Under the pieces are notes generated by a model. That model saw only the letters and a program-made list of their open reading frames with translations. It did not search any database and was not told the DNA's origin. Position numbers and translations under genes: made by a program. A stretch of DNA of 64,000 nt, from the NCBI GenBank assembly GCA_963700285.1, contig CAVOXA010000001.1:1056001-1120000 (forward strand), in the 5' to 3' direction. This document shows positions 30,765 through 41,845 of this stretch, piece after piece (the first letter of the stretch is position 1; every line of letters starts with the position of its first letter). This stretch comes from an uncultured Chloroflexia bacterium (GTDB lineage Bacteria > Chloroflexota > Anaerolineae > JAAYZQ01).

Positions 30765-32069
30765 TCAACCGACAATGCGGTGGATCAATGGTGGCGGCTC
30801 GACAGGTTCGTCGCTCCATCGGTAGGCTGCCAGCAGCCGCTGCCGCGCCCCTGCTACCTTTGCACAGTCGTTGGCATGGATGGTCAAGAGGGGATGGCCT
30901 TCTTTTACGCGACTGCCTATCTTTTTGTGGAGCACGACGCCGACAGCGTGGTCGACTTTGTCACTCTTCCTGGCGCGACCACCGCCCAGGAGCATGGAGG
31001 CCAGGCCTACTTCCAGGGCATCCAGTGCAGCCAAGTATCCGGAGCGGGGAGCTGCTACCTCCTGGATGCAGTTCGCAGCGGGCAACCTATCTGGCTCATC
31101 GAGGAAGGCCACCTCTCCCCCCTGGGCCGAGATCCAAGCTCGAAATTTGGCCATGGCTTGACCTCCGTCCAGTAATTGCTCCATGCGCTCGGTCGCTTCC
31201 GCTTCGTCACGGACCCGTCCCGTCATCATTAGCATTTGGCTGGCCATGACCAGGCAGTGTTGCCGAAAGTCAGCCGGCCCGCGAGCCTGAAGGGTGTCCA
31301 GCGCTTCTTTGACTTCAAGGGTGTTGCCCACAGTACACCCCAGGGGTTGGTTCATATCAGAGATGACGGCTCGCACCTTGCGTCCAACGCCGCGGCCAAT
31401 GTCGACCATAAGGTCGGCTAGATCGATGGCCTCCTGTTCGGTCTTCATAAATGCTCCGCGGCCTACCTTTACGTCGAGCACCACGCCGTTGGCCCCGGCC
31501 GCGATCTTTTTGCTCATGATTGAGCTGGAGATCAGGGATGGGCTTTGCACTGTAGCTGTCACATCACGGAGAGCATAGAGCTTGCCATCCGCGGGCGCCA
31601 GCTTTGCTGACTGGCCCGTGACTACGATACCTATGGAACCAAGCTGGCGACGAAACTCGACGGGGCTCAGGTCTGCCCGAAACCCGGGGATCGACTCGAG
31701 TTTGTCGAGAGTACCTCCAGTGAAGCCGAGGCCTCGGCCCGAGATCTTGCCAACATGCACGCCCGCCGCGGCCACCAGAGGGGCGACCACCAGTGTTGTC
31801 TTGTCGCCCACACCTCCCGTGGAATGCTTGTCGACGATAAAGCTGGCGATATCCCGCAGGTTCAGTTGCTCGCCAGAGCGAACAATGGCCATGGTCAGGT
31901 CGATCGTCTCCTGGCGATCCATGCCACGGAGGAGGACAGCCATCAGCCAGGCCGCCGCCTGGTAGTCCGGGATGGCGCCCTGGCAGAATCCCTGGACAAA
32001 GAAGTCAATCTCTTCCGCACTGAGCGTCATACCGTCCCGCTTGTGTGCAATGATGTCAACCGCTCGCAT
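30765..32069 (-). CDS. pdp: Pyrimidine-nucleoside/thymidine phosphorylase
   Basis: DKHSTGGVGDK, SGRGLGFTGGTLDKLESI, SIMSKK. Confidence 0.95.
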   Translation of the reverse strand: MRAVDIIAHKRDGMTLSAEEIDFFVQGFCQGAIPDYQAAAWLMAVLLRGMDRQETIDLTMAIVRSGEQLNLRDIASFIVDKHSTGGVGDKTTLVVAPLVAAAGVHVGKISGRGLGFTGGTLDKLESIPGFRADLSPVEFRRQLGSIGIVVTGQSAKLAPADGKLYALRDVTATVQSPSLISSSIMSKKIAAGANGVVLDVKVGRGAFMKTEQEAIDLADLMVDIGRGVGRKVRAVISDMNQPLGCTVGNTLEVKEALDTLQARGPADFRQHCLVMASQMLMMTGRVRDEAEATERMEQLLDGGQAMAKFRAWISAQGGEVAFLDEPDRLPAANCIQEVAAPRSGYLAALDALEVGLASMLLGGGRARKSDKVDHAVGVVLHKKIGSRVKEGHPLLTIHANDCAKVAGARQRLLAAYRWSDEPVEPPPLIHRIVG

Positions 32070-32173
32070 TTGATCCTCCTGGCGCTAGTATAGCATACAA
32101 TAACAGATTGTAAAAGTCTCAATGGTTGTGGTATAATGGTGTGGTTATTCACCGGACTGGAAAGGGATCGCTC

Positions 32174-33514
32174 TTGACCGATCAGGAAAGCGTATCATCA
32201 AACTCGTGCATCGTCGTTGGAGGAGGGCTAGCGGGTAGCGAGGCAGCCTGGCAGGCGGGGGAACGTGGCCTGGACGTGACGCTGTACGAAATGCGCCCGC
32301 AGACCATGACCCCAGCCCACCTTTCAGACCAGCTTGCCGAGTTGGTTTGCTCCAATTCCTTGGGATCCAACCTCGTCGACCGGGCGCCAGGTCTGTTGAA
32401 GGAGGAGTTGAGGCGTCTGGGTTCGGTGGTCATAGCCTGCGCGGACGCCACAGCTGTGCCGGCCGGGGGCGCCCTGGCTGTCGACCGAGATGCCTTTGCC
32501 CGGATGGTTACCCATCGCATCAGTGCCCATCCTCGCATTACGCTGCGGCGCGAAGAGATTCGGAGGATCCCACAGGGCCAGCCGGTCGTCCTGGCCACGG
32601 GCCCGCTCACTTCTCCAGAGCTGGGCTCCGCACTCGCCTCACTGACGGGCTCCGACCATCTCTACTTCTACGATGCGATGGCGCCCATTGTCACCGCCGA
32701 GTCGGTAAACATGTCTGTGGCATTTCGAGCCAGCCGATATGGACAGGATGAGGGTGACTATCTGAACTGCCCCATGAACCAGGCCGAGTATGAGCTTTTT
32801 GTTGAAGCGCTGCAAAACGCAGAAGTCCTCCCTCTGCGCGACTTTGAGCGCGAGGATCCCAAGTTCTTTGAGGCATGCCTGCCCGTAGAAGTGCTGGCCG
32901 GGCGGGGAATCAAGGCGCTGGCTTTCGGCCCGCTCAAACCGGTGGGGCTGGCCGATCCCCGCACCGGTCGCCGACCCTACGCCGTGGTCCAATTGCGCCA
33001 GGACAACCAGGCTGCGACTCTGTACAACCTTGTGGGATTCCAGACGAATCTCAAGTGGGGCGAGCAAGAGCGTGTGTTTCGGCTTATCCCTGGCCTGGAA
33101 CGGGCCGACTTTGTCCGCTTGGGCCAGATGCATCGGAATACCTATATCAACTCGCCGACCCTGCTCCATCCTTCGATGCAGTTCCGCCAGCGGGATGATC
33201 TCTTTTTTGCTGGCCAGGTGACCGGCACCGAGGGCTACATCGGCTCGGTTGCTAGTGGCTTGGTGGCCGGGCTCAACGTGGCCCTCCATGTGGCGGGGCA
33301 ACCAACTTTCGCCTTTCCCAGGACAACGATGATTGGGGCTCTGTGCCACTATGTTTGCAGCGCTACGGCTGGCAGTTTCCAGCCTATGAAAGCCAACTTT
33401 GGATTGTTTCCCCCGCTTGTTCCGCCGGTGCGCAACAAGCGGGATCGCTATGCTGCCTACGCGCGTCGCGCCTTGGCAGACCTGGATAATAGTGGGCAGG
33501 TTAAAATCGTCTAA
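32174..33514 (+). CDS. trmFO: tRNA m5U54 methyltransferase TrmFO
   Basis: [39 protein letters not shown]. Confidence 0.96.
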   Translation: MTDQESVSSNSCIVVGGGLAGSEAAWQAGERGLDVTLYEMRPQTMTPAHLSDQLAELVCSNSLGSNLVDRAPGLLKEELRRLGSVVIACADATAVPAGGALAVDRDAFARMVTHRISAHPRITLRREEIRRIPQGQPVVLATGPLTSPELGSALASLTGSDHLYFYDAMAPIVTAESVNMSVAFRASRYGQDEGDYLNCPMNQAEYELFVEALQNAEVLPLRDFEREDPKFFEACLPVEVLAGRGIKALAFGPLKPVGLADPRTGRRPYAVVQLRQDNQAATLYNLVGFQTNLKWGEQERVFRLIPGLERADFVRLGQMHRNTYINSPTLLHPSMQFRQRDDLFFAGQVTGTEGYIGSVASGLVAGLNVALHVAGQPTFAFPRTTMIGALCHYVCSATAGSFQPMKANFGLFPPLVPPVRNKRDRYAAYARRALADLDNSGQVKIV

Positions 33515-33568
33515 ATTCGTCAATTAACGTACATAATAGCTGAAATCTGCTTTAATCGAGATGGTAAC

Positions 33569-33596
33569 TTGACAAGACGCGAGAATATGGTATAAT
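33569..33596 (+). promoter_or_regulatory. Sigma70 promoter
   Basis: TTGACA-16 nt-TATAAT with extended TG. Confidence 0.7.
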
Positions 33597-33918
33597 TGCC
33601 GGTGCCGGATGATCGTGTCCGCCGCCGGCAGACTGCTCACAGGGGGTCTAGGACATGGGGGGAAAGATATTTCCTCCCAACGTCAACCTTTAAGAGGATT
33701 GCGGATCGAGATCATTATGCTATAATTGATGGTAAAGTAGGCTACGGAGACGTTTCTCCTGCCAGGTTCAGGCTCGATGCTTTGGCCCTCGTCTCATGCT
33801 AGCGGTATCGAGAGAGATGGCAGAAGGCGGTTCTTGGTATGGATCCCGGCCACTTGAGATGGTTAGGCTGATGTGGATGAGCGTTGCGTAACCCTTGTCC
33901 AAAAGGAGGTTAAGGAGC

Positions 33919-35502
33919 ATGAAGAAAAAAAGGACCCTGTTCCTCTCACTGATTTTGGCCTTGCTCACTGCGGTGGTTGCTGTGCCAGGGATCCAGCTCG
34001 CTGGCGGCTCGACGGAGCGCCTGGCCAACGGTAGCTTTGAAGATGGCTTCTATTCCACCCCGGCCGGTTTTGTTGGCAAGCATTGGAAGTGGTTCCACAA
34101 TGGTGGACGGGCCTCCTATGGTTTCTATGATGAAACCTGGGCGCCGGTCATCTACGATGGCAAGCATTCGACGCTGATCGAGATCAACACCTACGATCGG
34201 AGCGGGTCTGATGCTGATCGTTATGCTGGCATCTATCAGACGGTGGCCGTGGTGCCGGGTGAAACCTACGACCTGTCCATGCACGGCATGTTGCGAGCCC
34301 TGGAAGAGGATCCGGATCGGGCTGGCTACAACTACCGCGTCGAGTATGGTATTGACTATCACGGTGGCGACAACTGGCGAGAGGTGACCGAATGGTACGA
34401 GCTTCCCTGGAATGAAGTTCATCCCCGCCTGACGCCGGGGTCCATGGAGTCTTTTTCTACCTCGATCAAGGCTACCAGCGATCGGTTGACCCTCTACGTC
34501 CGTGCCTGGAAAAAGTGGGGTACGGCGATGCGGGAATTGGACGTTAACGTAGATGCCATCAGCCTGAAAGGTGCAATGCCGGTGGATGTGGATGAAGGCA
34601 AAGAGAAGCCAGCCACTTCCGCAGACGCAGCTCATCCAGATGCCGATCCTGGACTGACCGTCTTTTTTGAGGCACCTGCCTTCCCTGTCAAGGGCTGGGA
34701 GTATACCATCACAGTGGACGCCAGCAACGATGTGGGAGTCACCAAGCTGCAGTTCTTCAATGGCAAGGGCAAGATCGGCGAGGTCACCTATGAGGTGGGA
34801 CCCCTGAGTGTGTCTCATGATTTTGTATGGCAGCCGGAAAAGACTGGGAACCAGAAGCTCAGCGCTGTGGCCTACGATGTGGGTGGTGCCGTGGCGAAGC
34901 ACAAAGTTCAGGTCGTTGTTGGCAAGAAGGGCGGATTCTTGGCCAATGGTGATTTTGAGGAAGGGTTCTACATGACCTCCTTTGGCGAGGTCGGCAACGA
35001 GTGGGGGTCGTTTAACAATGGCGGCCCTGCCAGCTATGGCTATTACGATGACACCTGGCCTCCCGTGGTTGAAAAGGGCGAACACTCGCAGCTAATCGAG
35101 ATCAACACGTACGGCCGGAGTGGGTCGGAGCCAGACCGATACTCGGGAATCTTTCAGACTGCGGAGGGATTGACGGTCGGGGCCATGTACGAACTATCGT
35201 TTGACGGCATACTGCGAGCCCTGGCGGACGACCCGGACCTTGAAGGCTACAACTACCGCGTGCAATGGGGTTACACCACCGATGGCAGTACCAATTGGAG
35301 GGACGTGGACAACTGGGTCGAGGTCCCCTGGAACAGAGTCTATCTCAGGACAGATCCAGGCAAGATGAAGGGTTACACCACCTACATTGAAGCACCGTCC
35401 GGCGAGATCACACTCTTTATCCGCGCCTGGAAAAAGTGGGGAACGGCCATGAAAGAGTTGGACTTGAACGTGGACAACGTCAAGCTGGTCGGCTATAAAT
35501 AG
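33919..35502 (+). CDS. Secreted protein with two duplicated CBM-like jelly-roll domains flanking an Ig-like domain
   Basis: Signal peptide; duplicated LANG(S/D)FE(D/E)GFY...RAWKKWGTAM(R/K)ELD domain. Confidence 0.8.
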   Translation: MKKKRTLFLSLILALLTAVVAVPGIQLAGGSTERLANGSFEDGFYSTPAGFVGKHWKWFHNGGRASYGFYDETWAPVIYDGKHSTLIEINTYDRSGSDADRYAGIYQTVAVVPGETYDLSMHGMLRALEEDPDRAGYNYRVEYGIDYHGGDNWREVTEWYELPWNEVHPRLTPGSMESFSTSIKATSDRLTLYVRAWKKWGTAMRELDVNVDAISLKGAMPVDVDEGKEKPATSADAAHPDADPGLTVFFEAPAFPVKGWEYTITVDASNDVGVTKLQFFNGKGKIGEVTYEVGPLSVSHDFVWQPEKTGNQKLSAVAYDVGGAVAKHKVQVVVGKKGGFLANGDFEEGFYMTSFGEVGNEWGSFNNGGPASYGYYDDTWPPVVEKGEHSQLIEINTYGRSGSEPDRYSGIFQTAEGLTVGAMYELSFDGILRALADDPDLEGYNYRVQWGYTTDGSTNWRDVDNWVEVPWNRVYLRTDPGKMKGYTTYIEAPSGEITLFIRAWKKWGTAMKELDLNVDNVKLVGYK

Positions 35503-35528
35503 CCTGTGTGGGAGTCGATCAATCTGTG

Positions 35529-35570
35529 CCGCGGAGGGCCACGCCTGGCCCTCCGCGGACTCTTTTTTTT
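35529..35570 (+). terminator. Rho-independent terminator
   Basis: 13-bp GC stem followed by a T8 tract. Confidence 0.85.
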
Positions 35571-35599
35571 GGAAGGACGATGCAGCCAAGGTTGCAGTC

Positions 35600-37327
35600 A
35601 TGACCGATCTCGAGCCTCCTCATAGAAGGTCGCCTGGGCCAGAGTTGGCGGATGCGGGGGGCTTGGCCCCGTCACTGGACAGGGCGCAGGCTATCCGTAT
35701 CCTCACTCGCCGGCTGGAGCTACTGGTTGGGGGGATCCGCCTCTCAAAAAGCGGCATTTCCCGCTTAGCGCGCTATCTCGGTAGCCAGCAATTTGCTGCT
35801 GGCGACGTGATCCTCCAGTACGGTGAGCGGGGCGATTTCATGGGCCTGGTTGGTACCGGACAGGTGGCCGTGTACGATCCCCCCGAGGAGGAATCCCTCG
35901 CACTCCCAGACGCTGGCGCGCTGGCGCTGCTTCTACAGCCAGGGAGTACCTTTGGCGAGGCGATGCTGCTCGATGGCCGTCCCTGTGGCAGCACCCTTTG
36001 TGCGATGTCAGATACCACTCTCTATGTGCTGAGTCGCGATGATTACCTGACCGTGGCCGCACAGAGATCATCGAGACCCCGGCGCGCTTCCAGCCCCTGG
36101 TGGCTGTGGCTTCTGCCCCTTGTGTTGTTGGCAGCCATCGCCCTGTCAGTCTCGGGGATCTATTTGACATCAACCCTATTAAATAGCCCCATGGCAAATG
36201 GGACTCAAGCAACTGTTCCCGCTGCCCCTGATCCCGGCAGCGAGGCCGTCCAGGTTGTCACGCCCAAGAATGGACAGGCATTACGAGTTTCTGAACCGAT
36301 TCTTGTCCAGGCCATGCTGCCAGAGCCGGGGGTTTCCCAGGCCGAACTGGAGGTGGATGGGTGGCCGCAAGGGCGGCAGATCAACGATGATCCTGAGAGG
36401 ATCCCCTGGCTCCCAGAGTGGGTCTGGGAAGATGCAAGCCATGGCTCTCATGTGCTTATGATCCAGGCCTATGCTATGGCAGGAGAGATGATCGTATCGG
36501 CACCGGTAACCGTCACTGTGGTGCCATCGGGGACATTGGCCTTTGCCAGCAACCGTGATGGGCCCTATGGTGTCTTTACGATGACCAGTGATGGTCGTCG
36601 CCTGGCCCGATTGACGCTGGGACCCGGGGATAGCCGCCAGCCTGCCTGGCGTACTGCCAGCACCCTGGCCTTCGTAGCCGAGCTAGAGATTGGCCGGACT
36701 CTGATCCGCCAGGTTGCGCTTGACGGAGCGGTGGTCGAGGATGTGGGTGCTGGCCGGGAGCCGGCCTGGTCACTGGACGGAACACTCTTGGCCTATGCCA
36801 CATCGGTGGAGGGAGTGAGCCAGGTTTTCGCGTACAGGATTGGAGAGGGGGCCCCGATACAAGTGACAAACGAGGACACGTATGCCGGCCAGCCGGCTTG
36901 GTCCCCAGACGGGACGTACCTGGCGTACGTGGCTGACCGGGATGGCAACTGGGATATCTGGGTCGTAGCGCCAGATGGTGGTGAGCCACGACGCCTGACA
37001 ACGGACCCTGCCATGGACTGGGCACCGGCTTGGTCGCCCGATGGTAGCCATCTGGCTTTTGTCTCTGATCGTGGGGGGAGCCATCAGATCCATATACTAC
37101 CGGTGGGTGGCGGTGACGCGAGACCCTTGACCGACCTGCTCCAAGGCGCCGAATCGCCAACCTGGTCGCCCGATGGTCTCTGGCTGGCTTTTGTGGCCTA
37201 TACGGGGGAGGGTCAGGGTATCAACGCCCGCGAGATCTACCTCATGCGGGCCGGCGGCCAGGATCAGGTCCGGCTTACGTACAATGCCTTTGACGATTCG
37301 CAGCCAGACTGGCGCCGGATACCCTGA
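35600..37327 (+). CDS. cNMP-binding domain + TM + Ig-like + TolB/PD40 beta-propeller protein
   Basis: GDVILQYGERG..FGEAMLL; TM helix; repeated PAWSPDG. Confidence 0.82.
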   Translation: MTDLEPPHRRSPGPELADAGGLAPSLDRAQAIRILTRRLELLVGGIRLSKSGISRLARYLGSQQFAAGDVILQYGERGDFMGLVGTGQVAVYDPPEEESLALPDAGALALLLQPGSTFGEAMLLDGRPCGSTLCAMSDTTLYVLSRDDYLTVAAQRSSRPRRASSPWWLWLLPLVLLAAIALSVSGIYLTSTLLNSPMANGTQATVPAAPDPGSEAVQVVTPKNGQALRVSEPILVQAMLPEPGVSQAELEVDGWPQGRQINDDPERIPWLPEWVWEDASHGSHVLMIQAYAMAGEMIVSAPVTVTVVPSGTLAFASNRDGPYGVFTMTSDGRRLARLTLGPGDSRQPAWRTASTLAFVAELEIGRTLIRQVALDGAVVEDVGAGREPAWSLDGTLLAYATSVEGVSQVFAYRIGEGAPIQVTNEDTYAGQPAWSPDGTYLAYVADRDGNWDIWVVAPDGGEPRRLTTDPAMDWAPAWSPDGSHLAFVSDRGGSHQIHILPVGGGDARPLTDLLQGAESPTWSPDGLWLAFVAYTGEGQGINAREIYLMRAGGQDQVRLTYNAFDDSQPDWRRIP

Positions 37328-37390
37328 CAGGAGCCTGCTTGTGGCCGCAGTGCATTTGCTTTTTGACCGTACTACGGCTAAAATGGGCAC

Positions 37391-38701
37391 ATGCAAATTG
37401 ATGGGCTTCCCCTATCGCGGCGCCGTTTTTTGCTGGGCGCCGGTGCAGCGGTGCTGGCTGCGTTCCTATCGGCCTGTGGTCTTCCCGTAGACGGTTCCCC
37501 GACCAAGACGCCTGGACCGACACCGTCCGGCTCTGGGACGTCCAGTGGCCTGGTCCGTCCCACCCTGCCCAGTACGACGCCTACCCGCACAGCGACCACA
37601 TCGCCTACGTCGATCTCTACTGCCCAGGCAACGGTCACGCGCGCTGACTTTCACCAGCAGGCTGCCTTGATGGACTCGCCCTTGGTACCAACGGCTACAG
37701 ACGCTCCTCCGTCTCCGACGCCTCCTCCTGCGCCGACGCCGACGCCAGCAGCGACGCCCTTCCCGGCGGGCCCGCCAAGCAAGCTGGGGTTGTTCGTAGG
37801 CTGGTATCACAACCAGGTTATGGAACTCATTGCTACTCGCAATGTGGCAGTGCTCAAGACCCTGGAACTAGATCCGAACTTTTTGGCTGAAGTCAAAGCC
37901 CGCTCGCCAGAAACGCTCATCGTTGGCAGGGTGACTCTGGGGCAGCTTGACCTGAACCACCCCAATCTCCAGAGCGAGGCTCGTCGCGCTGTCGATGCGG
38001 TTCTACCTATCGCGCTCGATGAGCGCCGGGTTGGCCTGGTCGATGCCTGGGAGGGATTCAATGAACCAGTTCCAGGCAATGAGGAGCAGATGCGAAGGCT
38101 GGCCAAGCTGGAGGTCGAGCGTGTGCGCTTACTGGCGGCGAATGGGCTGCACGCCGTGGTGGGCAACTTTGGCACAGGCCAACCGCCTCTTGAGTGGTGG
38201 CCGGCTTTCCGCCCTGCCTTGGAGGCGGCTCAAGCCCACGCGGGCTACCTGGGCTTGCACGAGTATTCGGCCCCGACAATCTGGTTCAATACCAACCGCG
38301 ATCCCCTGGATTTTGGCGTGGCTGCAACAGACGAGGGCTGGCTGACCCTTCGCTACCGCAAAGTCTATGGTCAGTATCTGATCCCCTGGGGCTTGCGCCT
38401 GCCCTTGATCATCACCGAGTGTGGCGTCGATGGCTTGGTGAACGACCGGCCCGGTCCGCTGGGCAAGGGTTGGATGGACTTTGCTGGTTTTTGGGCGGAG
38501 ATGGGCATGGGCCAGGATGCGGCCGGCAACTATGTTGAGCAGTTAGCCTGGTATGATGGCCAATTGCAGTTGGACGATTATGTGCTCGGGGCCACAGTGT
38601 TCGCCATGACCGCCTTTGAGGAATGGCGCAGCTACGAACTCAAGGGCGAGGCTGCAGCGATACTGCAGCAGTACCTCTCGGTCCATCCCCCGCGCCAGTA
38701 G
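37391..38701 (+). CDS. Tat-exported lipoprotein, PT linker plus glycoside-hydrolase-like TIM barrel
   Basis: SRRRFL, LSAC, FNEP, LHEY, ITECG. Confidence 0.72.
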   Translation: MQIDGLPLSRRRFLLGAGAAVLAAFLSACGLPVDGSPTKTPGPTPSGSGTSSGLVRPTLPSTTPTRTATTSPTSISTAQATVTRADFHQQAALMDSPLVPTATDAPPSPTPPPAPTPTPAATPFPAGPPSKLGLFVGWYHNQVMELIATRNVAVLKTLELDPNFLAEVKARSPETLIVGRVTLGQLDLNHPNLQSEARRAVDAVLPIALDERRVGLVDAWEGFNEPVPGNEEQMRRLAKLEVERVRLLAANGLHAVVGNFGTGQPPLEWWPAFRPALEAAQAHAGYLGLHEYSAPTIWFNTNRDPLDFGVAATDEGWLTLRYRKVYGQYLIPWGLRLPLIITECGVDGLVNDRPGPLGKGWMDFAGFWAEMGMGQDAAGNYVEQLAWYDGQLQLDDYVLGATVFAMTAFEEWRSYELKGEAAAILQQYLSVHPPRQ

Positions 38702-38718
38702 TCTATCCAGATACCTGC

Positions 38719-39297
38719 TCAGGGGCGATTTCTGCCGTCCGGCAGGGTAACACCCTCCAGTGATGCCGCTTGGGAAAGCTGATCATCAGTGACCCTGGCC
38801 CCTTCCAGAGACGCTCCGCGAAGGCACGCGCCCTGCAGGTCCGCCCCATCCAGATCTGCCCCCGGAAGGGCTGCGAGCTCCAAGTTGGTACCACGCAGAT
38901 TCGTCTTGCCCAGCTTGGCTTCCTCCAGGTTGGCTCCCCACAAGCTGGCTTTCTCCAGATTAGCCCGGTTCAGGTTGGCGGCTTCCAGGATGGCGCCTTC
39001 CAATGTGGCCGCCTCCAGGCTGGCCCGGCTCAGATTGGCGTCGCGGAGGTTGGCGCCTGCCAGCCTGGCCCCTTGTAGCACCGCCTTCCTCAGTGATGCC
39101 TGGCCAAGGTTTGCCCATCGAAGATCAGCGTTGGAGAGGTCGGCCGAGTCCAGGTTCGCTTCACTGAGATCGGCGCCGCTGAGGTCTACTCCGTGCAGGA
39201 CAGCCCCTTTCAGCTCGGCGTTCTGGAGATCAGCGCGGGCAAAAGAGCGCTCCCCGGCCTGGTAGCGTTCCAGCAACTCACGTGCGTCCATGGCCAT
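38719..39297 (-). CDS. Pentapeptide repeat protein
   Basis: Continuous A(D/N)LxxA repeats. Confidence 0.95.
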   Translation of the reverse strand: MAMDARELLERYQAGERSFARADLQNAELKGAVLHGVDLSGADLSEANLDSADLSNADLRWANLGQASLRKAVLQGARLAGANLRDANLSRASLEAATLEGAILEAANLNRANLEKASLWGANLEEAKLGKTNLRGTNLELAALPGADLDGADLQGACLRGASLEGARVTDDQLSQAASLEGVTLPDGRNRP

Positions 39298-39323
39298 GGC
39301 TCCTCGAGCCGGTACGCATCCGG

Positions 39324-41813
39324 CTATTCAAACTCGCCGCTTCTGCGCTGGGAAACCTGCTCGGCCGGGCCGTCGCTTGTCTCAGCCCGACCTTCCTGCT
39401 CAGGCTCCTCTGCCGATTCCTCCTCTTTGGCCTTCAGGCTCTCAGCAATCTGCTCCAGACGCGCCATCACACGTCCGTGGACCGAGTCTGCGGGGTAGTC
39501 GCCATCCTTCTGAATGTCGCCGGCCGGTGCTCCCGTTAGGATCTCCAGGCCTTCGTCTACCGTGCGCACGGCATAGATGTGAAATCTGCCGTCCTCCACG
39601 GCTTGAATCACGTCCGCGTGGAGCATCAGGTTCACTACGTTCTGCGCAGGGATTATCACGCCCTGTTCTCCGGTCAGCCCCCGCTGAAGGCAGGTCACGT
39701 AAAAGCCCTCTATCTTCTCGTTGACCCCGCCGATTGGCTGGACGTTGCCCTGCTGGTCTACAGAGCCAGTGACAGCAAGCCCTTGTTTCAAGGGCAAACC
39801 GCTTAGGCTGCTGAGCAGGGCGTACAGCTCAGTCGAGCTTGCGCTGTCGCCCTCAATGCCTTCATACAGTTGTTCGAAGGAAATGGTTGCCGACAGGCTG
39901 AGCGGCTTCTTGAGGGCATATTTGCCGCCCAGGTACCCCGTCAGGGTGAGCAATCCCTTGTCATAGATGCTTCCACTTAGCTTGGCTTCGCGGTCCAGTG
40001 AGACAACGCCTGACTGGCCAGTATAGGTGCGGACCGTGATACGCGATGGCTTGCCAAAGCTATAGTTGCCCAAGGATAGGACGGCCAGACCGTTGACCTG
40101 GCCCACAACTTCTCCCTCGATATCCACGCGAATGGCCCCTTCATCGATCAGTTCCTGCATGCGCTCTTCAGCTCGATTGGCCCGCTGGATCTGGGCATCG
40201 AGGGCCTGCTGTATGTCGACAGCGGTCGTCCGATCGCGACCTGCATGCCTCGCCCAGTAGCTGGCTTCGCGGATCAGATCGGCGATGTCGCCAAAGCGCG
40301 TGGTCAACTTGGCCTGGTGCCCCGCCAGTCGCGAGCCATACTCCACGATCCGTCCCACTGCCTGTGGCTCAAAGTGTAAGAGTTTCTCCTGGTGGCAGCG
40401 TGCGGCGACAAACTGCGCATAATACTGGCAGGTCTCCGGCGTGCGTTCAAAGTCAGTGCCAAAGTCAGCCTGGACCTTGAACAGCTTGCGGAAATCTTCG
40501 TCGTGCTCGTGGAGAAGGTAGTAGGCCAGCGGATCGCCGACAAGTATCACTTTGAGGTCCAGGCGGATGGGTTCGGGATCCAGCGTCACAGTCGAAACCA
40601 GCCGAAACTGAGAGCCTGGTTCCTCCAGTTGGATGGAGCGGTTCTTGAGTGCCCGCTTCAATGCGTCCCAGGCCAAAGGGTTTGTCGATAGCCCCTGCGT
40701 TTCGACCACCAGGTAGCCGCCATTGGCCCGATGCAGACAGCCGGGCTTGATCATGGTAAAGTCTGTGACCAGGGCGCCGAACTCGGCCCGGTACTCGATG
40801 CGGCCCAGCAGGTTCGGGTAGGTGGGGTTGGGTTGGAAGATGACGGGCGCGCCTTTCTGCTCGCTGTTGTCGACGATCACGTTGACCGTGTACCGCTTCA
40901 AGAGTGCTTCGCGCTGGCCAATCTTCATGCCGGCCTCAGGCCCCTCGGGACGCTCTTCTTCACCTCTGAAACCTCGCACATTTTCCACAATGTCGGCTTG
41001 GACAGCCTGCAGATACTCGGGGATTTCGTCCACGTATCCGTGCTTTTCCGTGAGATCGTTGATGAAGGGGCTTACAACAGAACGCGCGATCTCCTGGTCA
41101 AATCCCTGAAGGCGCCTCCGAGTGCTCTTTTCCAGGTCACGGATGGCGCGCATTGTTTCGGCCATCTCGATTTGCAGGGCTCGCTGGTTCTCTTCCAGGC
41201 TGTTGCGTGTTGGCTCGTCAAGTTGTTGATACTCCTCGGGCGTAATCACCTGCCCGTTGAGTACCGGCGCCAGTCCGATCCCCCTCGGAGTCTGCAGTAG
41301 GGTGAACCCCCGCTCGTTGGCCGTGTTCTCCAGTTGGGAAAACGCCTCGCTGCGCTGTTCCTGCATTTCGCGGACGATGCCCTCTTTTTGCTGCTCATAT
41401 TCTTTGCTCTCAAAAATCCTGGGGATCTCGCGCAGCAGGTCGTCTACCAACTCTTCCATGTCACGGCGCAGCTCAACAGCAGTGCCTGGCGGCAAAGAGA
41501 TGGCGTTGGGCCTGTTGGCGTCACCGAAATTATTGACATAGACCCAGTCTTCGGGGACCGGCTGGCTGGCAGCGACACGGTCAAGTAGCGTGTGGATGGT
41601 GGTGGCTCGGCCGGTGCCAGGGTCACCAAGGGCATAAATGTTGAAACCAGAGCTGGCAATGCCCACACCGAAATCAATGGCTTGGACCGCCCGGTCTTGG
41701 CCAATAATCGATACCTCGCCGGGCAGAGACGCCGTGGTCTCAAAGCCAAATCCGGTCACGTCACAGGGCTTCCACAGTTCGCTGCTTGCCAGTTCTTGGG
41801 GTTGCTCACGCAT
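39324..41813 (-). CDS. Lon-like protease (LonC/AAA_32 type)
   Basis: IGQDRA, degenerate Walker A GDPGTGR, LHRANGGYL, catalytic GDSAS and GVNEKIEGF. Confidence 0.9.
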   Translation of the reverse strand: MREQPQELASSELWKPCDVTGFGFETTASLPGEVSIIGQDRAVQAIDFGVGIASSGFNIYALGDPGTGRATTIHTLLDRVAASQPVPEDWVYVNNFGDANRPNAISLPPGTAVELRRDMEELVDDLLREIPRIFESKEYEQQKEGIVREMQEQRSEAFSQLENTANERGFTLLQTPRGIGLAPVLNGQVITPEEYQQLDEPTRNSLEENQRALQIEMAETMRAIRDLEKSTRRRLQGFDQEIARSVVSPFINDLTEKHGYVDEIPEYLQAVQADIVENVRGFRGEEERPEGPEAGMKIGQREALLKRYTVNVIVDNSEQKGAPVIFQPNPTYPNLLGRIEYRAEFGALVTDFTMIKPGCLHRANGGYLVVETQGLSTNPLAWDALKRALKNRSIQLEEPGSQFRLVSTVTLDPEPIRLDLKVILVGDPLAYYLLHEHDEDFRKLFKVQADFGTDFERTPETCQYYAQFVAARCHQEKLLHFEPQAVGRIVEYGSRLAGHQAKLTTRFGDIADLIREASYWARHAGRDRTTAVDIQQALDAQIQRANRAEERMQELIDEGAIRVDIEGEVVGQVNGLAVLSLGNYSFGKPSRITVRTYTGQSGVVSLDREAKLSGSIYDKGLLTLTGYLGGKYALKKPLSLSATISFEQLYEGIEGDSASSTELYALLSSLSGLPLKQGLAVTGSVDQQGNVQPIGGVNEKIEGFYVTCLQRGLTGEQGVIIPAQNVVNLMLHADVIQAVEDGRFHIYAVRTVDEGLEILTGAPAGDIQKDGDYPADSVHGRVMARLEQIAESLKAKEEESAEEPEQEGRAETSDGPAEQVSQRRSGEFE

Positions 41814-41845
41814 AATCTTTTGTTGCCTCCATGGTTGCTGCAAGG

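Noticed and set aside
39324-41813. Walker A Lys->Arg in the Lon-like protease as a novelty
   Set aside because: A degenerate ATPase site is a known feature of LonC-type proteases
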